Of a stretch of DNA of 64,000 bases, positions 39,951-51,203 are shown piece after piece. The stretch is from positions 448,001 to 512,000 of the forward strand of contig CAWCYI010000006.1 in the NCBI GenBank assembly GCA_963799845.1, read 5' to 3'. A program made the position numbers and the translations under genes. The DNA is from an uncultured Nitrososphaerota archaeon (GTDB lineage: Archaea > Thermoproteota > Nitrososphaeria > Nitrososphaerales > CADDZS01). Within the stretch, counting starts at the first letter, position 1, and each line of letters starts with the position of its first letter. The notes under the pieces are model-generated. The model saw nothing but the letters and a program-made list of their open reading frames with translations, searched no databases and was not told where the DNA came from.

Positions 39951-40801
39951 AACCTTTTCTTTAGGGCGTGATCGCCCTAAGACAGAGTACTGAGAGTACT
40001 GAATCAGATACTTCTTCTAATAAAAGTCGGAACCAACCAAGCCGCTCGCCGCCCAGCTCCGATAGGAGTTCCAACACCAACTAGTGCTGCTCGCATCGTA
40101 AGTAAATGCGCAAAACGAAGAACTATCGAGTTCATTAAGCACTCCTAAGGAAAATTATCGTATTCTTTCTTTGGAACGAAAAGTAAAGTCGAGCTGTTCA
40201 AGGAGAACGAGGAGAGGTCGAAAGGAAAACTACTGGAGCGCATACCTCAATAGTTCACAGTATGATTCCACAGACCAGATGACTTCGATTGCATTCACAT
40301 CCTCGAATCCGCAGAACGGATTCAGAGTCGGATTCATGCGGTAGAAACGCTCACCTGCCAGTTTGCGTGAATAGTCCTCTGAGACAAACAACTCCTCAAA
40401 GATTAGTTCGATAGGAAGCGCTTGTTCTTGTATCTGCATCTATTCTTTTTCACCTGGAATTTTGGGTCTGAATCCAGTGATGTTCGCTAAGATTCCTGTT
40501 GATATTAGATTAACAATATCTGACATTTCTACTAAGCCTCTTTCTCGACACTTAGACAGGGGAAAACTTCCCACATGGATGTGGACGAAAAACTAGTGAT
40601 AGCAAAATAGCTATCGGCGGCAGAAAGTTAGATCTTTTGAGTGGGCGATTCATGCTTATTCAGAAACTTTTACGGGTTTTCCCAAATATGTGCGGGATGT
40701 TCAGTTATCGTAAGGATTTTGAGCAACAATTGATTTAGACTGCCCTAAAGTGACAAGAAATGTTTTGGAGGGACCTGTGTTTTGGGTAAATAATACACAT
40801 C

Positions 40802-40862
40802 GGTGCCAGGGATGAACTCTGGATTCGGATCGGGTGCCAGGGATGAACTCTGGATTCGGATC
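40802..40862 (+). repeat. Tandem duplication of a 30-bp unit
   Basis: ggtgccagggatgaactctggattcggatc twice; a single diverged unit in the second copy near 42528. Confidence 0.85.
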
Positions 40863-41184
40863 CGAATTTCTTTCCAAGAGGAAAATTGCAGAAAAGTAAG
40901 TTTGGGATAATCTTGAAGTTCTTCTTACATGAGCAAAATGGCCCATTTATTGAAAGTCCGATTCAGAATTGAGATTTTCTGATCCGCTGCGAAAACACGC
41001 GACTCAACTTCGAGATTGAAAGAGCTAACAAACGTAATCATTCGATTTTGACCAACATCGCGAATTGGGTGCCCCAATTTGATTAAAAAACCACTTTGGG
41101 GATTTTTTTACGTGTTTGGGAGAATTCATGCTTTAGCCCAAACCCCTCATTCATCAAATTAGCGGTTTCCCCGAAGATTACGAT

Positions 41185-41484
41185 TTATGCCAGCGGCGCG
41201 ATCAATTGAAGGGATCCAACTTGTCCTAATACATTTGCATAAGTTTCTACAACTCGAGCACCTTTCTCAGTGAGCACGTAATTTTTTCTGCCCCGTACAT
41301 CGCTCGGGCTCACCAACCCCAATTCTTCGAGACTCCTAATGAAATTCCTGCAGACAGCCCATGAAAGCTTTGTTCGGTACATGATGTGAGTCGGCCTACC
41401 AGCTCCATCAAAAATAGCTTGGAGAATATCAATTTTCACTTCCATGTTGGATCTTCTTGGACGTGATGTTATCATTGTTGGCAA
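41185..41484 (-). CDS. Small winged-helix transcription regulator (archaeal RRS...I..IL...T.IMY..NLS type), paralog 1
   Basis: RRSNMEVKIDILQAI....PTHIMYRTKLSW...LEELGLV....Y.LTEKG. Confidence 0.8.
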   Translation of the reverse strand: MPTMITSRPRRSNMEVKIDILQAIFDGAGRPTHIMYRTKLSWAVCRNFIRSLEELGLVSPSDVRGRKNYVLTEKGARVVETYANVLGQVGSLQLIAPLA

Positions 41485-42149
41485 AATTATGTCATTCTGG
41501 TCACTTTAAGAAGCTCTCGCATTCTGTACGGCTGATCACCAATTCATGTTATGAGTACGCAACACGGTTACCTCTTAGGACTCTATGTTTGATCGAAAGG
41601 GACACAACTTCCTAAATCGGAACAACAAAAGATCGCATCATATCGAATCCCGAACAAACGATAAAGATCAGTTTAAGGCTAGCTATTTTTCAGACGAACG
41701 AATGATTTTTGACCGCATTTACTTCGAGATTCTGACCTTCGGCTTTCTCGTGACTGTAATCGTTGGAACAGCTTCGATTTCTTTCTGAGGACTTTCTTAA
41801 AAGAAATTTCACTGTCCAGTTCGAGTATGCCTTAAGTCATTCAAAATCCCAGCCGCGATCCCGAACGTCTGATTGACACAAACGCAATCAAGCCGTTCGC
41901 GCAATTCTGACTCGAAAGACACATGGAATCCTTCCGAAGCCTGAGATTAGATACCTGAAGCGATATGTGAGCACATTGAGAGAGTTTCGGGTCAAGTTGG
42001 TATGAATTAAGCAAACTGAGCTAGTAGTTCCTGGTATAAAGGCGGAACAGTGAGTGCTCAAGCGCAGCTCGAGGTTATTAGAAAGATGGTTGGGCAACTA
42101 AATTCGAAACGTCCGAAGTGCAAGGAAGTTGGAGCGAGCTATGATTTCC

Positions 42150-42443
42150 GTGGTCGTGAAGGTGTGGTCAAGATAAAGTACAAGGGCACAACGCATTTCC
42201 CCGTAGATGACCTACGAGTATCTCGAGGGACCGTTTGCGGGTTCGAAGCTCTTTCAATACTACATCCCGAAAGGTGACAAGACGGAGGTCGTGATGGTGG
42301 GCAACCTCGTCTCTCCGAACCTACCCGATGACAAGCTCAAGGCACTCTACGATGATTATGTGCAGGTTGTCTTCGACGAAGATAACGTCTCCAGAATCGT
42401 ATATGGTATACTCAGATATGTGCGAGATGTTCAGTTATCGTAA
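42150..42443 (+). pseudogene. SRPBCC-like gene fragment
   Basis: KIKYKGTTHFP / MTYEYLEGPFAGSKLFQYYIPKGDKTEVV split by a frameshift and cut by the duplicated unit. Confidence 0.4.
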
Positions 42444-43287
42444 GGGTTTTGACCAACAATTGATTTCGTCTGCCCTAACATGAGGAAATGTTTTGGAGGG
42501 GCCCAGGTTTTGGGTAAATATAATATCGGTGCCAGGCATAAACTCTGGATCTAAATTTCCCTCCAAAGAGGAAAGTTAAAGAAATTTGAGTTCAAGGTAG
42601 TTTGAAGTTCGTTATACTTGAGGAAAGGTAATTCGCAGCCGATTTGACCAGTTCAGAAAGCACTTGATGACTCCAAAGGCTTACTCAGTTATCATTTTTA
42701 GCATGTCGGATCCAACCTCAAGAAGGCTTGACAATAGCGTAAGGCCGTTTATGCTATTCCATTCCTGTTTTTCTCTGATTTAATGTGATTTTTTGCGTTG
42801 CAGGGAACATGACTTTCTACACGAATGATCGGTTGAACAAATCATTCGATTTTGACCAACATTGCGAATTGGGTGCCCTAATTTGATTAAAAAACCACTT
42901 TGGGGATTACGTGTTTGGGAGAATTCATGCTTTAGCCCAAACCCCTCATTCATCAAATTAGGCGGTTTCCCCAAAGATTACGATTTATGCCAACGGTGCG
43001 ATCAATTGAGGAGATTCTAGTTGCCTTCTAACATTTGCATAGGTATCTAGAACTCGGGCACCTTTCTGGGTGAGTGTGTAGTTCTTTCTGCCCTCCGCAT
43101 CGCTCGAGCTGACCAGTCCCTGCTCTTCGAGAGCCTTTACGAAATTCCGCATAGGTGCCCATGAAAGGTTTGATTGGTACATGATGTGTGTTGGCCTGCT
43201 AGCTCCTTCCGAAATCGCCTGGAGGATATCGATCTTGACATCTAGCTTGGATCTTCTTGGACCCGCTGTTGTTATTGATGTAGTCAT
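42416..43287. repeat. Duplicated unit (non-coding blocks plus wHTH gene), copy 2
   Basis: Homologous to 40686-41484. Confidence 0.8.
42985..43287 (-). CDS. Small winged-helix transcription regulator, paralog 2
   Basis: RRSKLDVKIDILQAI....PTHIMYQSNLSW...QLIAPLA. Confidence 0.8.
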   Translation of the reverse strand: MTTSITTAGPRRSKLDVKIDILQAISEGASRPTHIMYQSNLSWAPMRNFVKALEEQGLVSSSDAEGRKNYTLTQKGARVLDTYANVRRQLESPQLIAPLA

Positions 43288-44142
43288 TGTATTTCATAGA
43301 TATGTAATAGGTATGTCGTACTATATACATCTATGTCGAAGATTCCCTGAGGATTTCCATTTGATCCGTCCAGGGGAAGTTAACAAGATCGCAACATATC
43401 GGATTACGAGCAAACGCCTAAATTTATTTCCAAAAATCATCAGAAATCTACAAGGAAAGCAAACGACTTGTCTCATCATGTAATCCTAGGTTGCAGGATC
43501 GGCGCATTCGATTTCCTGAATTGGGGAGACATTGAACCAATTGAGAAAAATAGCGTTCTTCTCGCGGCAAAAGATCACGATTTACAGAGGAACGAACGAG
43601 GAATACTGTTCTTTCATAACCCCGTTGCCCTAGTCTCAGTCTGGATCCTCACGCTTTGCGGCTCTTACTTCTATAGTCCCATCCATCGACTCGTAAGTAA
43701 TGACCTGACCCTTTGGTAATCCAAGAATCGGCTCGAATGACATACTCGTCACTTTGAGAAGATAGATCCCTTATTCTCTCTTCTAGTTGTTTTTTTGTGG
43801 CAAATGAAGGACGTGCCTCAGACACGGACAACGTTGAACGATGGATTTATTGTTGGATATTTTTCTAATGCCATATCGATCTAACGATAGGGCGTTCTAC
43901 ATGTCATACGTGGATGCAGCGGTGGCGCATGCACGTCAATGATATTGACGGGGTAAAGGCGCAAAAAGGCGCATCTCCCTTTACCACAATCCGAAGTATC
44001 GCAAGACGTTGATGCCATCGCCATTAACGCAAACGACTTGTCCGACGGTCTGAAACGAGGAATGTCACTTTATATAGCATAGAAAACTGTTATAGGCAGT
44101 TATTTACCTATCCCTCCCCAACTATAACTGCTGAACCTGGCG

Positions 44143-44604
44143 ATGTATTCGCAACTGTCGGATTTGGACAGGAAGATGCTAAGGCTACTTCTGGATTCTG
44201 AGGGGAGCATGCCGACTCATGAAATGTCTATGCAGCTCGGTATTCCCTTGAGCACCGTCCAAAGAAGAAGGAAGAGATTAGAGGAAGAATATCTCATCAA
44301 GCATTATTCGTTAGATCCGATGAAATTTGGATATAGACGGATCGACCTCTTAATTTACACTCAAGGTGGCGAGACGATGAACATTGGAAAAGAATTGTTG
44401 GAGCGTGAAGAGGTAACCTACGCTGCAAGAACCATCGGAGAACATACTATAGACTTGCGCGTCGAAGTATTTGTAAAGGACAACGGTATTTTGCTCAATC
44501 TCCTTGAAGACGTAAAGGCCATGAAGGGAGTGAGAGACGTAGTCTGGACTGAAGTGATAGAGACTATCGGACGAAAGAATCCTCCAAATCACTTCGTTCT
44601 GTAA
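44143..44604 (+). CDS. Lrp/AsnC family transcription regulator
   Basis: LSDLDRKMLRLL, HTH LGIPLSTVQRRRKRLE, LDP.KFG, IGEHTID. Confidence 0.85.
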   Translation: MYSQLSDLDRKMLRLLLDSEGSMPTHEMSMQLGIPLSTVQRRRKRLEEEYLIKHYSLDPMKFGYRRIDLLIYTQGGETMNIGKELLEREEVTYAARTIGEHTIDLRVEVFVKDNGILLNLLEDVKAMKGVRDVVWTEVIETIGRKNPPNHFVL

Positions 44605-44722
44605 TTAGTTTACTTTGAAAATTCGATCCTAAATTCTTTCACCCGAAACGCCTTCTCGTTCCTCTGATAACGAAACAGAATCCCAAATATTTATCTTGGG
44701 CATTTTTTGATTTTATGCCAAA

Positions 44723-45184
44723 ATGCTTTCTCAGCTTTCAGAAGCTGACAGGGAGATGCTACTTCTTCTTCTGGATTCTGAGGGAGGGGTGTCCTCTATT
44801 GAATTATCCCGTCAGCTCAAAGTCTCGATAGGTTCTATCCGAGAACAACGAAAGAGATTGGAAGAAACTTGTCTCATCAAAGATTATTCGTTAGATCCAA
44901 CGAAGTTTGGGTGGAGACGAATTGATCTTCTCATCTATACTGAAGGTAGAGAGACAATGAGCATAGGGAAAGCGCTACTGAAACGCAAAGAGGTTACATC
45001 TGTTACCAGAATGATTGGAGAACACACAATCGACTTGAGGGTTGAAGTATTCGTCAGAGATAATGGCGAACTGCTCAATCTCATCGAGAAAATAAAGACT
45101 ATGATAGGCGTGAGAGACGTAGTCTGGACTGAAGTAGTAGAGACCGTAGGAAGGAAAAATTGGCCGAATCGCATTTTAGTTTAG
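44723..45184 (+). CDS. Lrp/AsnC family transcription regulator, tandem paralog
   Basis: Paralog of 44143-44604 with a different recognition helix (VSIGSIREQRKRLE). Confidence 0.85.
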   Translation: MLSQLSEADREMLLLLLDSEGGVSSIELSRQLKVSIGSIREQRKRLEETCLIKDYSLDPTKFGWRRIDLLIYTEGRETMSIGKALLKRKEVTSVTRMIGEHTIDLRVEVFVRDNGELLNLIEKIKTMIGVRDVVWTEVVETVGRKNWPNRILV

Positions 45185-45650
45185 GCTATACCTAGATCAG
45201 ATCGAAGTTAGGGCACCAAATAGACATTTTTGGTATAAATCCAATGATTTTCTTGGCCAATGTCTTATATCAAGGTCATCTCCATTTTAACGCAAAAAAC
45301 TGTACCAGTGATGAACTGGAATGGAACCCGAAAAGGAGAAGAACTAGGCAATGGCAATCTATATACCAAAATCAAACAACTGCTCAAAGATGAGACCTTG
45401 GTTGGATAATACTTCACTTTCAATTGCTCCTGATGACTAATTTAGTTGGATTAGGCACTGTTTGTTGCATTTTGTAGTAAGCTCGCTGCTGAGAAATGTC
45501 GGGTCGCGTTTTATATGAATCCTAGATACATAGACGCCCTAAGTATTCAGCAGATAAACCACATATTGGATTTACTCTTCTGCTACTGTCTCTTAATTCA
45601 TAATTGATTTAATCTGCATAGTATTTCATATACTCAAGGAAAATCGAGAA

Positions 45651-46728
45651 TTGCCATCTGATACAACTTATGATGTTGATACAGCAGCAAGAATGGACGA
45701 AATGGTGGAAAACGAAAAGATTGCAGCTGATAGTGCGATCTGCAAGACCCCAAGTCTCGGTTATCGGAGTCGGCGGCGCAGGCTGCAACATCGTCTCCTG
45801 GGTCAAGCAGAAGAAGGGCGGCATAGCCGGCACGAAATTGATTGCGGCAAATACTGATGCGACGCACCTCAGCATAATCAAAGCAGATCGGAGGATCCTG
45901 CTCGGGGAGAAGACAACTCGAGGAATGGGAGCAGGAGGATATGCGGAGAGAGGCGTAGCAGCTGCTAGAGAATCAATCGAGCAGGTCAAGAAAGACACTG
46001 CTGGATCAAACATAATTTACATCGCAGCCGGACTTGGAGGAGGAACCGGTACCGGAGCTTCGTGGGTTATTGCGGACGCTCTTCGACCAACGGGCGCTCT
46101 GATAATTGGAGTAGTTACTCTTCCCTTTGCAGTTGAAAGGTTCAGGTTCCAGAGCTCAAAGGACGGACTTCATAAGTTGAAAGGTTACTGCGACACTGTC
46201 GTTGTCATCGACAACAACCGACTAGCTAAAGTTGCAGGTGATCTTCCATTGAAGGAAGCGCTCGGAGTTGCAAACGAGCTTGTCGGCGAATTTGTCAAAG
46301 GAATCACCGAGACAATTACAACCGCGAGTTTGATCAACATCGACTTTGCGGACTTAAGGGCGATCATGGAGAAGCGAGGAATCGCAGCGATTGGAGTTGG
46401 CGAGTCTACTGGCGAATCGAGAGTAGAGAGAGCCGTTCAGATGGCGCTCGATGCTCAGCTGCTCGATATCAAGGATGCGACTAAGGCCTTTGGTGTGCTG
46501 ATCCACGTTTCTGGTGGTGACGACATCACTCTGGACGAAGTTACCCAGGCAGGAGAGATGGTCACGAGATCTCTTCCAGCAAAGGCGCAAGTCGTCTGGG
46601 GAGCGAGAGTTGACCCCACGCTGCAGGGAAAGGTCAGGGTCATGGTAGTTCTCACCGGAATTGAGAGCACGTTTGATACGGAAAAAACTAACTCCATATC
46701 CCGGATGATCAGATCAAGATCCAAGTAA
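45651..46728 (+). CDS. ftsZ: Cell division GTPase FtsZ (probable extra A near 45718 displaces the true N-terminus)
   Basis: VIGVGGAGCN, ANTD, GMGAGG, GLGGGTGTG, TLPF, T7 loop LINIDFADLRAIM, VVWGAR. Confidence 0.93.
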
Positions 46729-46845
46729 TCTGATATCGGAAGCACGCGTCATTTCTCGGGGCGAAAAATAGAAAATCCCTTTTATTTTTCCAGAATTGGG
46801 ATATTCGGCCCAAACAAAGCAAGAGAATCTAAAGTAAGAAGACGA

Positions 46846-47193
46846 TTGGCGCATGAGCTGGGAATCTGTTCATTCTGCCTTAAGCAGAAAAACAATCGAA
46901 AGATAATATGTTGCTCTGAAGAATGCTATAGACAATTCAGAAATAACTTTTCCTTTTGGATAAAATCTCGGCAAGATTTGAGGGATAATGCATTACAGAG
47001 AGATGGATACAAATGCAAAAAGTGCGGTAAAAAAGCAACCGATATAGATCATATTATAGAAATCATAGATGGCGGCCCAGAATTTGAACTAGATAATTTA
47101 CAGTCGCAATGCGAGGATTGCCATAAGAAAAAGACGCGGGAGAGCTGGAAGATAAGAGCAAATAGCGGGGCTAATCTAACCGAGCGAAACTAA
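46846..47193 (+). CDS. HNH endonuclease with N-terminal Zn-binding motif
   Basis: CSFC..CCSEEC; LQRDGYKCKKCG..DIDHI....GG....NLQSQCEDCH.KKT. Confidence 0.85.
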   Translation: MAHELGICSFCLKQKNNRKIICCSEECYRQFRNNFSFWIKSRQDLRDNALQRDGYKCKKCGKKATDIDHIIEIIDGGPEFELDNLQSQCEDCHKKKTRESWKIRANSGANLTERN

Positions 47194-47206
47194 GGGAAAT
47201 TTCCCG

Positions 47207-47515
47207 TTATCGAGATGAACGAAACCGAAATTTGCTTCCGTAAATGACTCGGAACCGCAACAAATGAAACCATTCGCTCGTTCTGATTTCACTCCGATCA
47301 GTTTCAGAACTTCCCTTAGAAATGAAACCATCAGCAAAATGGGCAACTGAGAAACTTGGAAGTTTGTGAATCTCTTCGATTAGTTCTTGACGAGACTTAG
47401 CAAGGTGAGAAACGATTCGAATTAATCCTTCGTCCGAGGAGAGCTGATCGCATAGATCATGCAACGATTCTTCGTATTCGTCTAGCGGATTCTTCGATGT
47501 TTCTTTGACGGTCAA
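47207..47515 (-). CDS. Hypothetical protein
   Basis: 102-aa ORF only. Confidence 0.3.
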   Translation of the reverse strand: MTVKETSKNPLDEYEESLHDLCDQLSSDEGLIRIVSHLAKSRQELIEEIHKLPSFSVAHFADGFISKGSSETDRSEIRTSEWFHLLRFRVIYGSKFRFRSSR

Positions 47516-48136
47516 TTTGCTTCAATCTCTTCAATATCTGCTTCTTTCGTCTCTGCAATTCTACTAGCTCATACTTTTGAAGCCCCATCTTCTTGGCTAT
47601 TGTTTTACGGATCTTCAGATAGAACCTTCTACGGCCTGAATATTTCTACGATTGATTTCTGCATGTCGATCATCAAGAGAACGATGGACGTCGATATTGC
47701 TTCGTACCTGAATAAACCGGAGCACGCCCTCAGGGCCAGAACTTGACTCCTGTAAAGCCGACGTGAAATAGTAAGCCAAATCCATGTCTAACAAAAGCGA
47801 TGGGATAAACTTCCTCCTCCGAGCGGTCCGCTCGAACTACCGGGATAGCAGATCCTCCCGATTTGAGAGATCTGTATTCACTGAAAGCTTCGCCGAGTAG
47901 ATCGCATCTCCAGTACACCTCACCAGACGGATTTTGACGCAGGGTATGTATAAGAACCGGCGACCGCATCCTTCGATTGCTTCAGAGTTGAACTGACTGG
48001 GTTCTGGTTAAATTCAAAGATGGGAGGAAATCGACCAATTCGTGATTGATTTGGGTCAAATCAAACTATTCATTTTGAATCCAAGAAATGACCTCAGGTG
48101 GCTTTGAAATCCCAGAGATTTGGACTTGAATTGGCT

Positions 48137-48174
48137 TTTACTAGTAAATACGTGTCCGAATCCCCTACCTCGCA
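48137..48174 (+). repeat. Dispersed repeat B, copy 3
   Basis: tttactagtaaatacgtgtccgaatcccctacctcgca; begins with the perfect palindrome TTTACTAGTAAA. Confidence 0.8.
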
Positions 48175-50166
48175 TATTTACCTCTCAGGAAAATCTCTGG
48201 GAGCTTTCTCCTAAACTGCTCAGGATTGTCCTCCGGCATTTGAAGTGCTAGCTTTGCTACCAATGACCTAAACCTCGGCTCCCCATGAAAGGAAGCAAAT
48301 CCCGGGTCTATGTTGAGAAGCGGATCCCCGATCACGGTATGCTCCTCATAAGATTTTTCCAACCAATCGAGAGCTTCAGCATTTTTGCCAATGGCAGCAA
48401 ATACCTGTGCCAGGAAGAGTCCATTTATGTCCCGCTTTGCACGCATCTCCAACAATTCATCTAGGATTTTCGAAGCATCCTGGCTTCTACCGGCCTTTGC
48501 GTACGCGAACCCCAAATTCGAAAGACAGAAAGGGGAACGACCAGAAAGTTCTGTCGCTCTTTCAAGACTTCTTACTCCCTCATCAAACCTTCCCAAGAAA
48601 ACTTGAGAAAGGCCAATGTCGCTGTGAATGAAAGGAAAATCAGGATCCATTTCGAGCGCTTTCTCATATTCAGATATTGCCAGCTCGTTTAGCCCACAGA
48701 GCGACAATGCAGTCCCCACATGTGCCCTTGAAGCAGGGGATAAAGGATTCAGTTCCGCACCCTTACGCGCTTCGTCAATCGCATCTTCATGATGACCAAA
48801 GTTGGCCAGAAAAAGGGCGTAATAAGTATGGGCTTCAGAATAGCTGGGGTTTAGCTCCAAAGCTCGAGTGAGTTCTGCTCTTGAAGTCTCCCAGTGAGCA
48901 TCGAAAAATGCTACTCGGCCCATGGCGAAATGGGCTTCGGGGATTGTATCGTCAAGCTTCAAAGCTCTGAGGGCTAATTCCTTAGCTTTTGGATAAGCCT
49001 CTCTAGGAGGCTCGAAACCAAAGTATCCCAATCCACAGTAACAGTAAGCAAGCCGCGCAATTGCGGCGGCATACTCTGGGTCTAGGTCGATTGCCTTTTG
49101 AAAGAGTTCCTCAGCCTTTCTGTAATCTGGTCCGTTATACTTTTGTAAAAAGTACAGCCCTCGAACATAGAAGACGTAGGCTTCCGGATTCGTAGTGGAC
49201 CTTTTTCCAAGCAGCTTCCTATCTGAATCCAACAGTTTGAGCTTCAGGGCGTCTGCGACATTTTCTGCCACACCCTTCTGAATCGAAAATACATCTTCCA
49301 TCTCTCGGTCATAGCTCTCCGACCAGAGATGTTGATCGGTTGTTGTATCAATTAATTGGGTGGTTATTCTTAGTCTTGTTCCGGATTTTCTCACGCTCCC
49401 CTCGAGGATTTTCGCAACCCCCAGCTCTCGTCCGATCTCCCTCGCATCCTTGTTCGTATTTCTGTATTTCATCGCAGACGTACGGGAGATAACGATGAGC
49501 GAAGGAATTTTTGAAATGGTCGAGATGACTTCTTCGGTCATGCCGTCGGCGAAGTAAGCATCATTGGGATCGGGACTCATATTGACGAATGGAAGGACCG
49601 CTAGCCTGTTGGGTTCTGTTCCTCAGCTCCCGGCTCTTCTCCCAAGGCAACTGAACTTTGTAAATTTCCAATGGAGAGGCCACGTTCTTCAGCGACTTTG
49701 CTCCAAGACTTACGAGCGGGAGCTCGATCTTGTTTTGTACCTGGTCGTAGACTTGACGGGTCAAAGAAATACCGTCAATATCCGCAAGGGATTGAACTCT
49801 GGAGGCAATGTTGACAGCATCACCAAAAATATCTCCGTTGCTTGATTCGACAATGTCTCCCAGGTGGATTCCCACTCTAAGATGGATTTGTTTTTCGACC
49901 GACAAACCGATGTTAAACTCCCTGGCGGCTCTCTGAATGTCGTAGGAGCACCTCGTAGCATCCAGCGCGTTCGGAAAATCCACCAAAAATGAGTCTCCTA
50001 TCATCTTTACCACGTTCCCTTTGTGTCTCTGAAAAATGGGGCGTAGCAGTTTGTCATGCTCTTCAAGCAGAACTAGCGAGAGCGACTCGTTTCTCTGCCC
50101 CATCGCCGTGAAACCGACAATATCGGTAAACATTATGGCCGCAAGCCGACGCTGTCCCTGAGACAA
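48165..50166 (-). CDS. Class III adenylate cyclase-TolB-like-TPR protein (frameshift near 49620-49640)
   Basis: RRLAAIMFTDIVGFT, KMIGDSF, DIFGDAVNIASR; the shifted frame gives PNRLAVLPFVNMSPDPND.YFADGMTEE, then TPRs. Confidence 0.88.
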
Positions 50167-50564
50167 GATTCTCTATTCATCTCGATGCTTGATTGATAAA
50201 TCCGTTGCGGGATTGTCGACAGCCCAGCTCGCCGTATTACGCTAAACCGTGTGAGGGTGTCGTCCCGATCCTTACCTACATTGAAACAACTAGGAAAGGG
50301 AGCAGAGACGGGGGTCTCACATTCTTTATTTCAATGGAGGTTCGGGAGGCCGCGATGTGGTTCTTTATGTAGGAATTCCCATTGATTCATTAAGAAAAGA
50401 ATTTTCTACGTTTCTACACATGTGAGCACTTTTTGGCCGAAGAGCTGCGTCCAAGCTCTGTTCAATTGAAACAGCTTGTTTCACCTGTCCGGAGCTTAAA
50501 CAGAGTTCGAAACGCCGAGTTCGATTTTTTCATTTGAAAATGATTGATTAGATCCGATTGAAGA

Positions 50565-51191
50565 TCAGGCGATGGGCTGGGAAGCTTGCTTCTCGACTGT
50601 CTGAGCTTTCGACACGAGTCCCTGCTTTGCGACCTGCTTTCTCTGCTGATCGGGATCATGGCTGAGCCCAAAATAATCTGCGAACGCATCGGTCGTCGTG
50701 AAAACTCTCGACCTCCCTCTTCTTTCATACTTCAGAAAGCCGACTTCGCTCAGCTCCTTCAGATGGGAGTACGCCTGCGATCCCCGCCGCTGAACCAGTT
50801 CGTGCGCACTTACCGGCTGCAGGTACACTATGTAAGAAAGTGTCCTCAGCGTTGACGTGGACAGGAGAGCCTTTGTCGCAAATCGCTTAGCAATCGAGTT
50901 GTATATTGGCTTCAGCTGTAGGGAGTACATCGGCCCCTCGATCTCCTTGAGCTCGATGGAGACGAATGTGGAATTGATTTTGCCAGCCAGCTCTCGCATG
51001 ATTTCATTCAGTCTTCTCTTCGAAACAATCCTTGAGACCCGGGAGAGTTCGTCGAGAGTAAGTGGCCGGCCGGACGCGTAGAGAGCCACCTCGATTCTCG
51101 CCTGGGCTTCTTTCGAGAGAACTATGGATGAATCTGGCTCGACAGTTGGACTCGACGATACCTCCTCTTCAACACGGGAAACTGAAGCCAT
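50565..51191 (-). CDS. scpB: Segregation and condensation protein B
   Basis: IEVALYASGRPL, LRTLSYIVYLQPV, RGSQAY.H, TT..FADYFGL. Confidence 0.92.
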   Translation of the reverse strand: MASVSRVEEEVSSSPTVEPDSSIVLSKEAQARIEVALYASGRPLTLDELSRVSRIVSKRRLNEIMRELAGKINSTFVSIELKEIEGPMYSLQLKPIYNSIAKRFATKALLSTSTLRTLSYIVYLQPVSAHELVQRRGSQAYSHLKELSEVGFLKYERRGRSRVFTTTDAFADYFGLSHDPDQQRKQVAKQGLVSKAQTVEKQASQPIA

Positions 51192-51203
51192 TTTGTTACA
51201 TCC

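Larger units (their letters stand above)
40686..41484. repeat. Duplicated unit (non-coding blocks plus wHTH gene), copy 1
   Basis: Homologous to 42416-43287. Confidence 0.8.

Noticed and set aside
40802-40862. 30-bp tandem repeat as a mini-CRISPR
   Set aside because: Units are adjacent with no spacer; a simple local duplication
47516-47660. AbrB-like fragment (RFYLKIRKTIAKKMGLQKYELVEL, minus strand)
   Set aside because: Too short, with no clean start; similarity by eye only
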